Assembly (NCBI GenBank): GCA_964648865.1
Contig: CAZYLV010000004.1
Location: 2,740 to 66,739 of the forward strand
Length of the DNA stretch: 64,000 nucleotides
Source of the DNA: an uncultured Gammaproteobacteria bacterium
GTDB taxonomy: Bacteria > Patescibacteriota > Patescibacteriia > 2-12-FULL-57-11
Direction: 5' to 3'
The notes beneath the pieces are model-generated. The model had not been told where the DNA came from. It did no database searches and saw nothing but the letters and a program-made list of their open reading frames with translations. Positions 10,926-20,141 of the stretch are shown here, piece after piece (the first letter of the stretch is position 1; each line of letters starts with the position of its first letter). The translations under genes and the position numbers were made by a program.

Positions 10926-11384
10926 TCAGCCGTAGATGAACTCGTAGTCGACCTTCTCGTATCGGAACAGCTCCCCCTCCCTGAAGAACCGCGCGATCTC
11001 TGCTTCCGCGTTCTCCGGCGAATCCGAGGCGTGGACCAGGTTCATGGTCCCCATGGACATGTCGCCGCGGATGGAGCCGGCATCCGCCTCGTTGCCGCGC
11101 GTCTTGCCGACGATGATGCGGACCGCGTCCACGCAGGCCGCGCCCTCGAGCGCCATGACCACGACGGGCGCGGACATCATGAACCTCTTGAGCTCCCCGA
11201 AGAACGGCTTGTCCTTGTGGTGGGCGTAGTGCTCGTCGAGATGCAGGTCCGAGAGGGCCATCATCTTCATGCCGATGATCTTGAGCCCCTTGAGCTCGAA
11301 GCGGCGGACGATCTCGCCCACCAGGTTCCGCTGCAGGGCGTCGGGCTTCATGATGACCAGCGTGCGTTCGATGGGGTTTGCCAT
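10926..11384 (-). CDS. ndk: Nucleoside diphosphate kinase
   Basis: ERTLVIMKPDA, HYAHHKDKPFF, GSIRGD and NLVHASDS motifs. Confidence 0.97.
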   Translation of the reverse strand: MANPIERTLVIMKPDALQRNLVGEIVRRFELKGLKIIGMKMMALSDLHLDEHYAHHKDKPFFGELKRFMMSAPVVVMALEGAACVDAVRIIVGKTRGNEADAGSIRGDMSMGTMNLVHASDSPENAEAEIARFFREGELFRYEKVDYEFIYG

Positions 11385-11387
11385 ACG

Positions 11388-12548
11388 TCAAGTGGTTGTG
11401 TTGCGCAAAGGATACGGCTTCGCCGCGCGCCTGGCAAGGGCCCACAGCGCCACGTACCAGAAGGCCGCGAGCCATCCTGGGAAGCCGCCGCCCGCGAGCA
11501 GGCTGCCCGGCGCCCGTGCGAACAGTCCCAACAGGAAGAGCAGCAGCGCCGTGGGCGCGGCCAGCGCGGTGCCGAGGGCGAGGCCGGCCGCGTCCCACAA
11601 CCAGGACGCGGCGATGAGCGCGCCGCCGCCGATGGTCAGGAGCGGCACGAACGGCGCGGCCACGACGTTGGCCGGCAGGGCGACCACGGAGAACTCGCCG
11701 AAGGTGCCCACGGTGATCGGCAGGGTGGCGAGCGTCGCGCCGATGCCGTCGGCCGCGGCGGAGCGCGCCGTCTCCGGCATCCGCGCCGGCAACGCCTGGG
11801 CGACGTGCGGGGAGAGCCACAGCAGCCCGCCGGTCGCCGTCATCGACAGGGCGAAGCTGATGCTCCCGATGAGCCGCGGTTCCGCGGCGAGCATCGCCGC
11901 CGCGGCCGCGAGGAGCACGTTGGCGCGGTCGGGCGTGCGGCCGGCCTCACGCGCCGCGAGCACCAGGAGCGCCATGCAGGCGGCGCGCACGACCGGCGGC
12001 TCGGCGCCGGTGAACCCGGCGAACGCGGCGACGCCGACGGCGGTCGCCGCGGCCACGGCGCGCCGTCCCAAGCCGAGGAAGGACAGCAGCGGCATGAGCG
12101 CACCCGCGGCGATGGTCAGGTTGGCGCCGGAGACGGCGACGAGATGCGACGTGCCGGTGGCGCGGAAACGGCGGACGGTCTCGCGCGCCATGCCCGCCTT
12201 CTCGCCCACCGTGATGCCGAGGATGAGCTGGCCTTCCGGCCCGGGCATGGCCCGACGGACGAGATGCGCCGTCCGCGCCCGGGCGCGGGAGAACGCCTCG
12301 ACGGGCATGGGGAGCGGGAGCGGTCGGACGTGCGGACGCGCGGCGCCAAGCACAAGAAGCGCCAGCGCGATGGCCAGCACGCGTCGCGCACCGGACGCGC
12401 GTGCGGCCAGCGCCAGGACCGTCGCACACATCGATGCGAGCAGGAGCGGCTGACCGGCGCAGGCCAAACCCAGCAGGAACGCCACGGTGCACAACCGGAA
12501 CCGCCGCGACGGCGACGGGGCGATTTCCTCCAAAAACGGCAGCGGCAT
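11388..12548 (-). CDS. comEC: ComEC/Rec2 competence membrane protein (competence domain only)
   Basis: TGTSHLVAVSGAN, PPVVRA, SISFALS and PANVVAAP motifs, many TMs. Confidence 0.88.
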   Translation of the reverse strand: MPLPFLEEIAPSPSRRFRLCTVAFLLGLACAGQPLLLASMCATVLALAARASGARRVLAIALALLVLGAARPHVRPLPLPMPVEAFSRARARTAHLVRRAMPGPEGQLILGITVGEKAGMARETVRRFRATGTSHLVAVSGANLTIAAGALMPLLSFLGLGRRAVAAATAVGVAAFAGFTGAEPPVVRAACMALLVLAAREAGRTPDRANVLLAAAAAMLAAEPRLIGSISFALSMTATGGLLWLSPHVAQALPARMPETARSAAADGIGATLATLPITVGTFGEFSVVALPANVVAAPFVPLLTIGGGALIAASWLWDAAGLALGTALAAPTALLLFLLGLFARAPGSLLAGGGFPGWLAAFWYVALWALARRAAKPYPLRNTTT

Positions 12549-12586
12549 ACCTCTTCAGTATGCCGCGTCAGGAGTTCGCTCGATTG

Positions 12587-12830
12587 TCAAGAGGTTGCAG
12601 ACTCAGTCTTATTCAGGATCACCCGTGTGAGCCGATGGCCGTCGGCGTGGGCGCACAGACCCAGATACGAACTGATGTTCCCCGAGGTCACTCGACGCAA
12701 CATCCGTCGCGCCGTTTTCGTCCGTAGCACGGTCGCGTGCGGGAGAAGGACGTATCCGAGGAAGTCGATTCCTTGCTTCCAGGTCCGGATGACGACCTTC
12801 CGAGGATGCAGCGCCAACGCCAACCGCGAC
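12587..12830 (-). pseudogene. C-terminal fragment of a DGR-type reverse transcriptase
   Basis: LHPRKVVIRTWKQGIDFLGYVLLPHATVLRTKTARRMLR...SYLGLCAHAD matches RT region 7 and thumb; no YADD or upstream RT regions are present. Confidence 0.8.
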
Positions 12831-12904
12831 GCACGCTCCGACGACCGTCGGTCGGCGGATTCTGGCGCCTTCTGCGGAGACAAGGGATTTCGGCGACCGC
12901 CATC

Positions 12905-12926
12905 CCCGCCTACCGGCAGGCAGGCG
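12905..12926. repeat. Short CCTGCC/GGCAGG palindromic repeat element
   Basis: CCCGCCTACCGGCAGGCAGGCG; a related copy CGCCTGCCTGCCTGTCGCGGG is at 44496-44516. Confidence 0.45.
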
Positions 12927-12968
12927 TGAACGACGGTTCACGAGCCTACTTTCCAAAACCAAGTGTAG

Positions 12969-13022
12969 AAAAAAATGAGGGGCTTGGGAACCAAGGTCCG
13001 AAGACCAAGATTCCCAAGCCCC
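12969..13022 (-). promoter_or_regulatory. Stem-loop 3' of the DGR variable region (retrohoming hairpin and/or terminator)
   Basis: GGGGCTTGGGAA...GGTC-TTCG-GACC...TTCCCAAGCCCC followed by a T7 run, about 25 nt after the target stop codon. Confidence 0.6.
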
Positions 13023-13045
13023 AAGGGTCCAAGACCCGAGTTCCG

Positions 13046-13918
13046 TTACTCCCGGAGGGAAGGCACCGAGTCGCACGAGCGGCCGTAGCCGTGCCAGTCG
13101 GCGTTCAACCCCACCTGCCCGCTGTCGCAGTAGAAGTAGACGTAGGGCACGCTCTGCCACTCGACCTCGTCCCTCTCGGGGACGTTGAGCTCGTAGCCGG
13201 CGGCGAAGAGACCGGGGATCTCGTCGTAGTCGATTGCCCGGATGAGCTCCGGGAACATCCAGGTGACGACGAGCATCTCGTCGGCGAGCGACTTCTTGGG
13301 GTCGCGCACCGCCTCGATGCTCCGGCGCTGCCGGTGCGTGTCGAGGTCGATCGCGACCCACTCGACGACCGGCTTGTGCGTCTCGTTGCCGGAGAGGAGG
13401 CGCAGGCGCTCGATTGGCTTGTCGCCGAAGCGCCTCTTGAGCTCCTTCGTGTCGCCCGAGTACGGACTCGGAGCGGAGCGCAGATGCTCCCAGCGCCAGT
13501 ACTTCTCGGCGCCGAAGACGCGCCGGATCTCGCTGGCGTGGGCCTCGAAGGTCTGCGCGACCCCCGTGTCTCCCTCGCCGAAGCGGATCCGGAGCGACCG
13601 GACGCAGAGCTTGCCCTCGGGCCACTCGGGTGCCGAGGCCGCGAGCTTGGCGAAGACCTCCTCGCCGAAGCCCCAGCCCTGCGCCTCGTTCGCCGCCTTG
13701 AAGCGCGCGAGTTGCGCCTCGACCGAGAGGACGAAGCTGAGGGGCTTCGCCGCCTCCTCGAGCTTGGCGAGGATGGCCTCGCGCATCGCGACCGCGAGGT
13801 CAGGGGTCTTGATGATCTGGAGCACGACGTCGCCGTCGAACCCCGCCCTGGCCAGGACGCGCTTGAACTCGATGTCCTGGCCCACCGTGATCTCGTGCAG
13901 GCTTGCCATGTGGCTCAC
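13046..13918 (-). CDS. Putative DGR target protein with C-terminal CLec-type variable region
   Basis: C-terminus WQSVPYVYFYCDSGQVGLNADWHGYGRSCDSVPSLRE, rich in NNC codons; lies next to the RT fragment and hairpin. Confidence 0.7.
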   Translation of the reverse strand: MSHMASLHEITVGQDIEFKRVLARAGFDGDVVLQIIKTPDLAVAMREAILAKLEEAAKPLSFVLSVEAQLARFKAANEAQGWGFGEEVFAKLAASAPEWPEGKLCVRSLRIRFGEGDTGVAQTFEAHASEIRRVFGAEKYWRWEHLRSAPSPYSGDTKELKRRFGDKPIERLRLLSGNETHKPVVEWVAIDLDTHRQRRSIEAVRDPKKSLADEMLVVTWMFPELIRAIDYDEIPGLFAAGYELNVPERDEVEWQSVPYVYFYCDSGQVGLNADWHGYGRSCDSVPSLRE

Positions 13919-13999
13919 CCTCCTTCACCGCTGTGGCTCACCTCCTCCGGGAACCGCCCCGGATTCGGCTGACCTGTCAAAAGCGGCGTCCTTTCGTTC

Positions 14000-14025
14000 T
14001 GGATCCCCGTTTCCACGGGGATGAC
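14000..14025. repeat. REP-like palindrome
   Basis: TGGATCCCCGTTTCCACGGGGATGAC (GTCATCCCC-N8-GGGGATCCA on the other strand). Confidence 0.5.
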
Positions 14026-14056
14026 AACGGCAAAACGCCACTTTCAACAACGGCCC

Positions 14057-14085
14057 AATATAGCAGGAAAAGTCCGTTTTGTCAA
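14057..14085 (-). promoter_or_regulatory. Sigma70-type promoter of the DGR target gene
   Basis: TTGACA-N17-TATATT with extended TG. Confidence 0.7.
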
Positions 14086-14088
14086 GGG

Positions 14089-15912
14089 TCATTCGACGGT
14101 AACCGATTTCGCCAAGTTCCTAGGTTTATCGACATCGAGCCCTTTGGCGACCGCGGCGCCGTAGGCCAAGAGCTGCAGCGGCACGACCATGAGGAGCGGG
14201 AGCAGCATCTCGTGGACCGCCGGAATGGGAAAGAAGACATCGGAGAGTTTGGGGACCTCGATGTCCCCTTCCGTGCCGATGGCGATGACCTTGCCTTGGC
14301 GCGCCCGCACCTCCTGCAGGTTGCCGAGCGTCTTTTCGTAGACGCTGTCCTTGGGCGCGAGGACGATGGAGGGGAATGTCGACGTGATGAGGGCGATGGG
14401 TCCGTGCTTCATCTCGCCTGCAGGATAGGCCTCGGCGTGGACGTAGGCGATCTCCTTGAGCTTGAGGGCGCCTTCCAGCGCCGCGGGGAACCCCATCTTG
14501 CGGCCGAGGTAAAAGGCCGACGGCGCCGCGGCGAGCATGGTCACGGCCGGCTCGAGCTCCGCGCGCCGCGCCAGGATGCCCTCGATGGCCGCGGGGATCC
14601 GCCCGAGTCCGGTGAGGATCTCGCGGCCTTCGGCGATGGAGATGCCGCGCATCCGCCCGAGCAGGAGCGCCAAGAGGGTCAGCACCGTGACCTGCCCGAG
14701 GAAGGCCTTGGTCGAGGCCACGCCGATCTCAGGTCCGGCGTCGATGTGGATGCCGCCGTCGGTCTCGCGCACCAAGGAGGAACCTGCGGCGTTGTTGATG
14801 CCGTAGACCTTGAGCCCTTTGCGCTTGAGCTCGCGCACCGCGGCGAGCGTGTCGGCCGTCTCGCCGGACTGGCTGACGGCGATGATGAGCGCGTCGTCCT
14901 CGACGTGGATCCTCTTGTAGCGGAACTCGCTGGCGACGACCGCGTCGGTGGGGATGCCGGAGAACTCCTCGAAGAGGTACTTGCCGATCATGCCGGCGTA
15001 GTGCGCGCTGCCGCAGCCGATGAGCACCACCCGACGCTTGGCGCGCAGCTCGGAAAGGGTCAGGTTGAGCCCGCCGAAGCGCGCCATGCCGTCGTCGAAG
15101 AGCACGCGGCCGGCGGCGGCGCGACGCACGACCTCCGGCTGCTCGTGGATCTCCTTGAGCATGAAGTGCGGCCACGTCCCCTTGTCGTAGCGCTCGACGT
15201 CCTGGGCGACGCGCTCCGCCGGCCGGTCCAACCAGATGTTGTCGAGCGTCATCACCTGGTAGTCCTCGCGGGAGACGCGCACCATCTCCCCGTCGTTGAG
15301 ATAGACGATGTCCTTGGTGAACGGCAGGATGGCGCCGACGTCCGAGGCCACGAGATGGCCGTCGTCGCCCACCCCCACCACGAGCGGGCTGCCCCGCCGC
15401 GCGGCGACGATCAGGTTGGGCTGGTCGGCGGCGACCACGGCGAGCGCGTAGCTGCCGCGCAACTCGCGGATGGCGAGCCGCACGGCCTCGCCCAGGTTCT
15501 CGCGGTAGTGCTTCTCCACGAGGTGCGCCACCACTTCCGTGTCCGTCTCCGAGACGAAGCGATGCCCCTCCTCCTCGAGGCGGCGCTTGAGGTGCGTGAA
15601 GTTCTCGACGATGCCGTTGTGCACCACGGCGATGCGTCCGTGGCAGTCACGGTGCGGATGGGCGTTCACCTCGTTGGGAGCGCCGTGGGTGGCCCAGCGC
15701 GTGTGGGCGACGCCGAGCGTCTCCGCGGCGCCGGTCGGCACGCGCGCCGCGAGCTCGGCCACCTTGCCGACGGCCTTGGTCACGGAGAGCGCGCCGTCAC
15801 CGACGAGCGCGATGCCCGCGGAGTCGTAGCCGCGATACTCCAGCCGCCGCAGCCCTTCGAGGAGCACGGGGGCCGCCGGGCGCGTGCCGATGGAGCCGAC
15901 GATGCCGCACAT
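14089..15912 (-). CDS. glmS: Glutamine--fructose-6-phosphate transaminase
   Basis: MCGIVG, EYRGYDSAG, HTRWATHG, SQSGETADT and PRNLAKSVTVE motifs. Confidence 0.98.
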   Translation of the reverse strand: MCGIVGSIGTRPAAPVLLEGLRRLEYRGYDSAGIALVGDGALSVTKAVGKVAELAARVPTGAAETLGVAHTRWATHGAPNEVNAHPHRDCHGRIAVVHNGIVENFTHLKRRLEEEGHRFVSETDTEVVAHLVEKHYRENLGEAVRLAIRELRGSYALAVVAADQPNLIVAARRGSPLVVGVGDDGHLVASDVGAILPFTKDIVYLNDGEMVRVSREDYQVMTLDNIWLDRPAERVAQDVERYDKGTWPHFMLKEIHEQPEVVRRAAAGRVLFDDGMARFGGLNLTLSELRAKRRVVLIGCGSAHYAGMIGKYLFEEFSGIPTDAVVASEFRYKRIHVEDDALIIAVSQSGETADTLAAVRELKRKGLKVYGINNAAGSSLVRETDGGIHIDAGPEIGVASTKAFLGQVTVLTLLALLLGRMRGISIAEGREILTGLGRIPAAIEGILARRAELEPAVTMLAAAPSAFYLGRKMGFPAALEGALKLKEIAYVHAEAYPAGEMKHGPIALITSTFPSIVLAPKDSVYEKTLGNLQEVRARQGKVIAIGTEGDIEVPKLSDVFFPIPAVHEMLLPLLMVVPLQLLAYGAAVAKGLDVDKPRNLAKSVTVE

Positions 15913-15922
15913 ACCCGCCTAT

Positions 15923-16744
15923 CTACTCACGCCCGACAAAGGCGCGCAACCGCTTGAGGAACGTCTCCGTGCCGTGGTCCTCGCCCATGCGCACCCGCGG
16001 CAGGGCCAGCGGATCGCTCGAGGTGGTGACCGCACCCTCGCGGATGGTGAAGGCATAGCGGATGCCGGCATCCTCGAGCATGGCCCGGACGGCATCGTTC
16101 TCCTCGCCGTTGGGGTAGGCGAAATACGGTTCGCGCACGGCCACCTCGCGTCCCAGGAAATCCACGGACGAGACGATCTCCTCGCGCGCCAGCTCCGGCC
16201 GGACCCGCGTCAGGATCTCATGCCAACGGGTGTGCGGAGCCAGCGTCCAGCCGGCATCGCGCATCTCGACGAGCAACTCCGGCGGCAGGTAGGACGCTGC
16301 GCGGTTGCCGGACGGTCCGGTCATCACGAAGACGGTGGCCGGATAACCGAACTCCCGAAGGATCGGGAAGGCTGCGGTGTAGGTGTCGCGGTTGCCGTCG
16401 TCGAAGGAGATGACCACGCTGCGCTCCGGCAGGACACGCGCCCCCTCGATCGCCTTGGCGAGGGCGGGCAGCGTGACGACCGTCCAGCCGTCATCCCGGA
16501 GCGCCTGCATCTGGCTGCGGAAGGTCGAGGTCGAGACGAAAAGGCCGTATGGATCGCGCGCGGGCAGCGCGCCGACGCGGTGGTACATGAGCACGGGGAC
16601 GCGAAGCTCGGGCACTCCCTCCGTCTCCATCTTTTCAAGAGGGAGCGGGACTCGGGTATCCCTCTCTTGCGAAGAGGAGGACGGAGGAGTCGCGCACCCG
16701 GCACCGATGAGCAGCAGGGCGACGATGAGCGAGGCAGCGCGCAT
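15923..16744 (-). CDS. Polysaccharide deacetylase (CE4) lipoprotein
   Basis: Lipobox GAGC; VPVLMYH, SFDDG, HTRWH and FAYPNG motifs. Confidence 0.9.
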   Translation of the reverse strand: MRAASLIVALLLIGAGCATPPSSSSQERDTRVPLPLEKMETEGVPELRVPVLMYHRVGALPARDPYGLFVSTSTFRSQMQALRDDGWTVVTLPALAKAIEGARVLPERSVVISFDDGNRDTYTAAFPILREFGYPATVFVMTGPSGNRAASYLPPELLVEMRDAGWTLAPHTRWHEILTRVRPELAREEIVSSVDFLGREVAVREPYFAYPNGEENDAVRAMLEDAGIRYAFTIREGAVTTSSDPLALPRVRMGEDHGTETFLKRLRAFVGRE

Positions 16745-16759
16745 ACGACAAAGGCCGCG

Positions 16760-19171
16760 CTAGGCGGCCTCCGCGACGACGATGCTCACCAGACGCTTGG
16801 GCACGACGACCACCTTCCGGATCGGCCGTCCATGGATCCAGGGCCGGACCTTCTCCGAGGCGATGGCCCGCGCCTTCAGCGTCTCCTCGTCGATGTCCGC
16901 GGGCACGACGAGCGAATCGCGGTGCTTGCCGTTGACCTGCACGACGACGGTCACCTCGTCCTCGACGAGCAGAGACGCATCCGTGGTCGGCCAGGGCTCC
17001 TGGATGAGGAACGTCCCGTAGCCCAAGCGGCTCCACAGCTCGTCGGCAAGATGCGGCGCGAAGGGCGAGAGCATCTTCAGGAACAGCTCCCAATCCTCCT
17101 GCGGCACGCGCCCGGCCTTGGCGAAGGCGTTGGCCAGGATCATCAGGGCCGAGACGGCGGTGTTGAAGCGGAAGCCCTCGATGTCGGCGCCGACCTTGGC
17201 CAGCGTCTTGTGGGCCAGGCGATGCAGGACCGCATCCTGCTCGACCGCGACCAGCTCGGAGAGCCCGTGGACCTTCTCCAGGAAGCGGCGCACGCCGACG
17301 ATGCCCGAGGTGCTCCAGGGCTTGGCGTCCTCGAACGGCCCCATGAACATCTCGTAGATGCGCAGCGTGTCCGCGCCGTATGCGGCGATGACCTCGTCCG
17401 GGTTGACGACGTTGCCGCGGGACTTGGACATCTTCTGTCCGTCCTCGCCGAGGATGAGCCCCTGGTTCATCAGCCGCGCGAAGGGCTCCTCGAAGGGCAC
17501 GAGCCCCGCGTCATGGAGCACGGCCGTGATGAACCGGGCGTACAGCAGGTGGAGCACGGCGTGTTCGGCCCCACCCACGTAAAGGTCCACCGGGCACCAG
17601 GCGGCCACGGCCTCCGGATCGAAGGCCCGCCCGGCGTCGGTCGGCGAGCAGTAGCGCAAGAAATACCATGAGGAGTCGACGAACGTGTCCATGGTGTCGG
17701 ACTCGCGGCGTGCCGGGTTGCCGCAGCGCGGACAGGAGACGTCATGGAAGCTCTTGGAGCGCGCCAGCGGCGACTCGCCGGTAGGGCGGAAGTCGACGTC
17801 GTCCGGGAGCGTGACCGGGAGGTCCTTTTCCGGGACAGGGACCTCACCGCAGTCGTCGCACAGGATGATGGGGATGGGCGCGCCCCAGTAGCGTTGGCGG
17901 GAGACCAACCAGTCGCGCAGATGCCAGTGCACCGCGCGCTGCCCGGCGCCGGCGGCGATGAGCGCGTCGGTGATGGCCGCAGCGGCCTGGGCGTTGGTGA
18001 TGCCGTCATACTCCCCCGAGCGGACCATGATCCCCGCGCCGGTGTAGGCGCCCTCGCCGTGCGGGATGCCCGCAGGCGGTGCGATGACGAACAACGGATC
18101 GAAGCCGTAGGTCTGGGCGAAGCTCCAGTCGCGCTCGTCGTGCGCCGGAACGACCATGACCGCGCCGGTCCCGTATTGCGGCAGCACGTAGTCGGCGACC
18201 CAGAGCGGGATGGTCGCATCCGTCAGCGGATGCCGGACGGAGACCCCGAGCGCCACGCCGCGCTTCTCCGCGGCCTCGGTACGCTCGCGGTCGGCCTTGG
18301 CCGTGGTTTCCGCCACGAAGGCCTCGACCGCGGCACGGCGCTCCGCAGGCACGAGCGCGGGGACGAGCGGGTGTTCGGGGGCCAGCACCACGGCGACGAC
18401 GCCGAAGAGCGTGTCCGGCCGCGTGGTGAACACCGGCACGGCGAACTCCTCGCCCGCCTCGCTCACCCCACGGAAGACGACCTCCGCGCCCTCGCTCTTG
18501 CCGAGCCAGTTGCGCTGCATGGCCGTGATGCGGTCCGGCCAATCGATGCCGTCGAGCCCGGCAAGCAGCCGCTCGGCATACTGCGTGATGCGGAAGAACC
18601 ACTGCGAGAGCTCCTTCTGTTCCACCGGCGTGCCGCACCGCTCGCAGCAACCGTCGACGACCTGCTCGTTGGCCAGCACCGTCTGATCCTTGGGACACCA
18701 GTTGACCGGTGCCGTGGCCTTATATGCCAAGCCACGCTCGTGGAGCTTGAGGAACAGCCACTGCGTCCACGTATAGTAGGAAGGGTCCGACGTATCCACC
18801 TCGCGGTCCCAATCGTAGGCGAAACCGAGCGAGCGGATCTGCCGGCGGAAATTGGCGATGTTGGCTGCGGCGATCTCCTTGGGATTCTTCCGGACCTTGA
18901 TGGCGTAGTTCTCGGTCGGCAGGCCGAAGGCGTCCCAACCCATCGGGTGGAGCACATGCTGCCCTTCCATGCGGCGCTTGCGCACGAGGATGTCCGTGGC
19001 GGTGTAGCCCTCGGGGTGGCCGACGTGCAGCCCCTGCGCCGAGGGGTACGGGAACATGTCCAGGACATAGGCCTTGCGCCCGGGCGCGGGACGCTCCGGC
19101 GCGCGGAAGACGCCCGCCGCGAGCCAGCGGTCCTGCCAGTGCCTCTCGATGCCGGCATGGTCGTATCGCAT
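16760..19171 (-). CDS. leuS: Leucine--tRNA ligase
   Basis: DMFPYPS, HVGH, editing domain TTRPDT and KMSKS; start set at MRYDHAG (19171). Confidence 0.97.
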   Translation of the reverse strand: MRYDHAGIERHWQDRWLAAGVFRAPERPAPGRKAYVLDMFPYPSAQGLHVGHPEGYTATDILVRKRRMEGQHVLHPMGWDAFGLPTENYAIKVRKNPKEIAAANIANFRRQIRSLGFAYDWDREVDTSDPSYYTWTQWLFLKLHERGLAYKATAPVNWCPKDQTVLANEQVVDGCCERCGTPVEQKELSQWFFRITQYAERLLAGLDGIDWPDRITAMQRNWLGKSEGAEVVFRGVSEAGEEFAVPVFTTRPDTLFGVVAVVLAPEHPLVPALVPAERRAAVEAFVAETTAKADRERTEAAEKRGVALGVSVRHPLTDATIPLWVADYVLPQYGTGAVMVVPAHDERDWSFAQTYGFDPLFVIAPPAGIPHGEGAYTGAGIMVRSGEYDGITNAQAAAAITDALIAAGAGQRAVHWHLRDWLVSRQRYWGAPIPIILCDDCGEVPVPEKDLPVTLPDDVDFRPTGESPLARSKSFHDVSCPRCGNPARRESDTMDTFVDSSWYFLRYCSPTDAGRAFDPEAVAAWCPVDLYVGGAEHAVLHLLYARFITAVLHDAGLVPFEEPFARLMNQGLILGEDGQKMSKSRGNVVNPDEVIAAYGADTLRIYEMFMGPFEDAKPWSTSGIVGVRRFLEKVHGLSELVAVEQDAVLHRLAHKTLAKVGADIEGFRFNTAVSALMILANAFAKAGRVPQEDWELFLKMLSPFAPHLADELWSRLGYGTFLIQEPWPTTDASLLVEDEVTVVVQVNGKHRDSLVVPADIDEETLKARAIASEKVRPWIHGRPIRKVVVVPKRLVSIVVAEAA

Positions 19172-19212
19172 ACCGGACGAGTGTAGCGGCCGCACCCCGC
19201 TCTGGCAACGCC

Positions 19213-19446
19213 CTAGCGCGGTCCCAGCAGCTCCCGTTCGAAGGCTGCGGCGCGCGCCTCGAAGCGTCCGAGGCGGGCCGTCATGTCGCGCATCTCGGCA
19301 CGGGTCAGGCGCGCCTGCTCGCTCAGCGCCACGAACCAGACCATGGACACGCCGAGGGCGAGCAGGAGCGTGAAGGCACGCGCGCCGTCGGAGAAGCGGT
19401 GCCGATGCCAGGGGACGTGCGAAGACGGATGGAGGACGCGCGGCAT
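19213..19446 (-). CDS. Small membrane protein with coiled-coil tail
   Basis: Single TM followed by a heptad-like region; TATACT just upstream. Confidence 0.55.
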   Translation of the reverse strand: MPRVLHPSSHVPWHRHRFSDGARAFTLLLALGVSMVWFVALSEQARLTRAEMRDMTARLGRFEARAAAFERELLGPR

Positions 19447-19464
19447 AGTCGGCATCAGTATAAC

Positions 19465-19489
19465 AAAAAATCCCTCCGCGGGACTTTTT
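19465..19489. terminator. Intrinsic terminator
   Basis: AAAAAATCCC-TCCGC-GGGACTTTTT. Confidence 0.55.
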
Positions 19490-19673
19490 GCCTTTTTGCT
19501 GTTTGTGTTGTGAAGGTGCGGGAGGCTCCTCCCTCCGACCGGCGTGTCCCCCGCCTCGACGGTGCGAGGCGGTTTGGGGACGGACCCGTCGAGGAACCTG
19601 AGTCCCTCGCCGGGGACTCGCCGCGGGCTCGGAGTACGGGCGCGCGGCGAGGACCCGCAAGCGACTCCGCGGC

Positions 19674-20042
19674 TTACTGACGCAGGCCCTGCCAGCGCGT
19701 GCTGTCACGCCCGAAGGCCATGACCATGGCGTGCACGGCGCGACGGTTCTCCTCCTGGACGACCGAGACGCGGCCGCCGATCTCCCGGGAGATGCCCTGG
19801 GCGATCTCCGGCAGCACCGAGACGTTGCGGTCGAGACGGGCGATCATCCGCTCATAGCCGCGGCCGATGCCGTCCGCCGTACCGAGGATCGTCTTCGCCC
19901 CGTCCGCGAACGTGTCCGCCGGCGTCGTCGCCAAGGCGAACGAGAAGACGAAGAGGAAGAGGGCGAAGAGCAGCGATTCGAAGGTGTTCCGGTCCTTGCC
20001 GAACCACAGCGAATCAAGCGCCGTTTGGTTTTTGTTTTCCAT
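19674..20042 (-). CDS. Hypothetical membrane protein
   Basis: 122 aa, one TM, GGGAGGT SD, own promoter. Confidence 0.65.
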   Translation of the reverse strand: MENKNQTALDSLWFGKDRNTFESLLFALFLFVFSFALATTPADTFADGAKTILGTADGIGRGYERMIARLDRNVSVLPEIAQGISREIGGRVSVVQEENRRAVHAMVMAFGRDSTRWQGLRQ

Positions 20043-20112
20043 ACGTCACCTCCCTTCAGGTTGTTTTTGTTTTGCCCCGCGAAGCGGGGCGGCCTCCTGC
20101 ATCGATGGACAT

Positions 20113-20141
20113 ACTATAGCATAAAAAGAGCCGCTTGTCAA
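20113..20141 (-). promoter_or_regulatory. Sigma70-type promoter
   Basis: TTGACA-N17-TATAGT with extended TG. Confidence 0.7.

Noticed and set aside
12860-12905. Possible TR remnant upstream of the RT fragment
   Set aside because: It does not align with the 3' end of the VR, so it cannot be supported.
19172-19708. N-terminal extension of LeuS in the ORF track
   Set aside because: It overlaps another ORF and a terminator; homology and a -10 box indicate the start at 19171.
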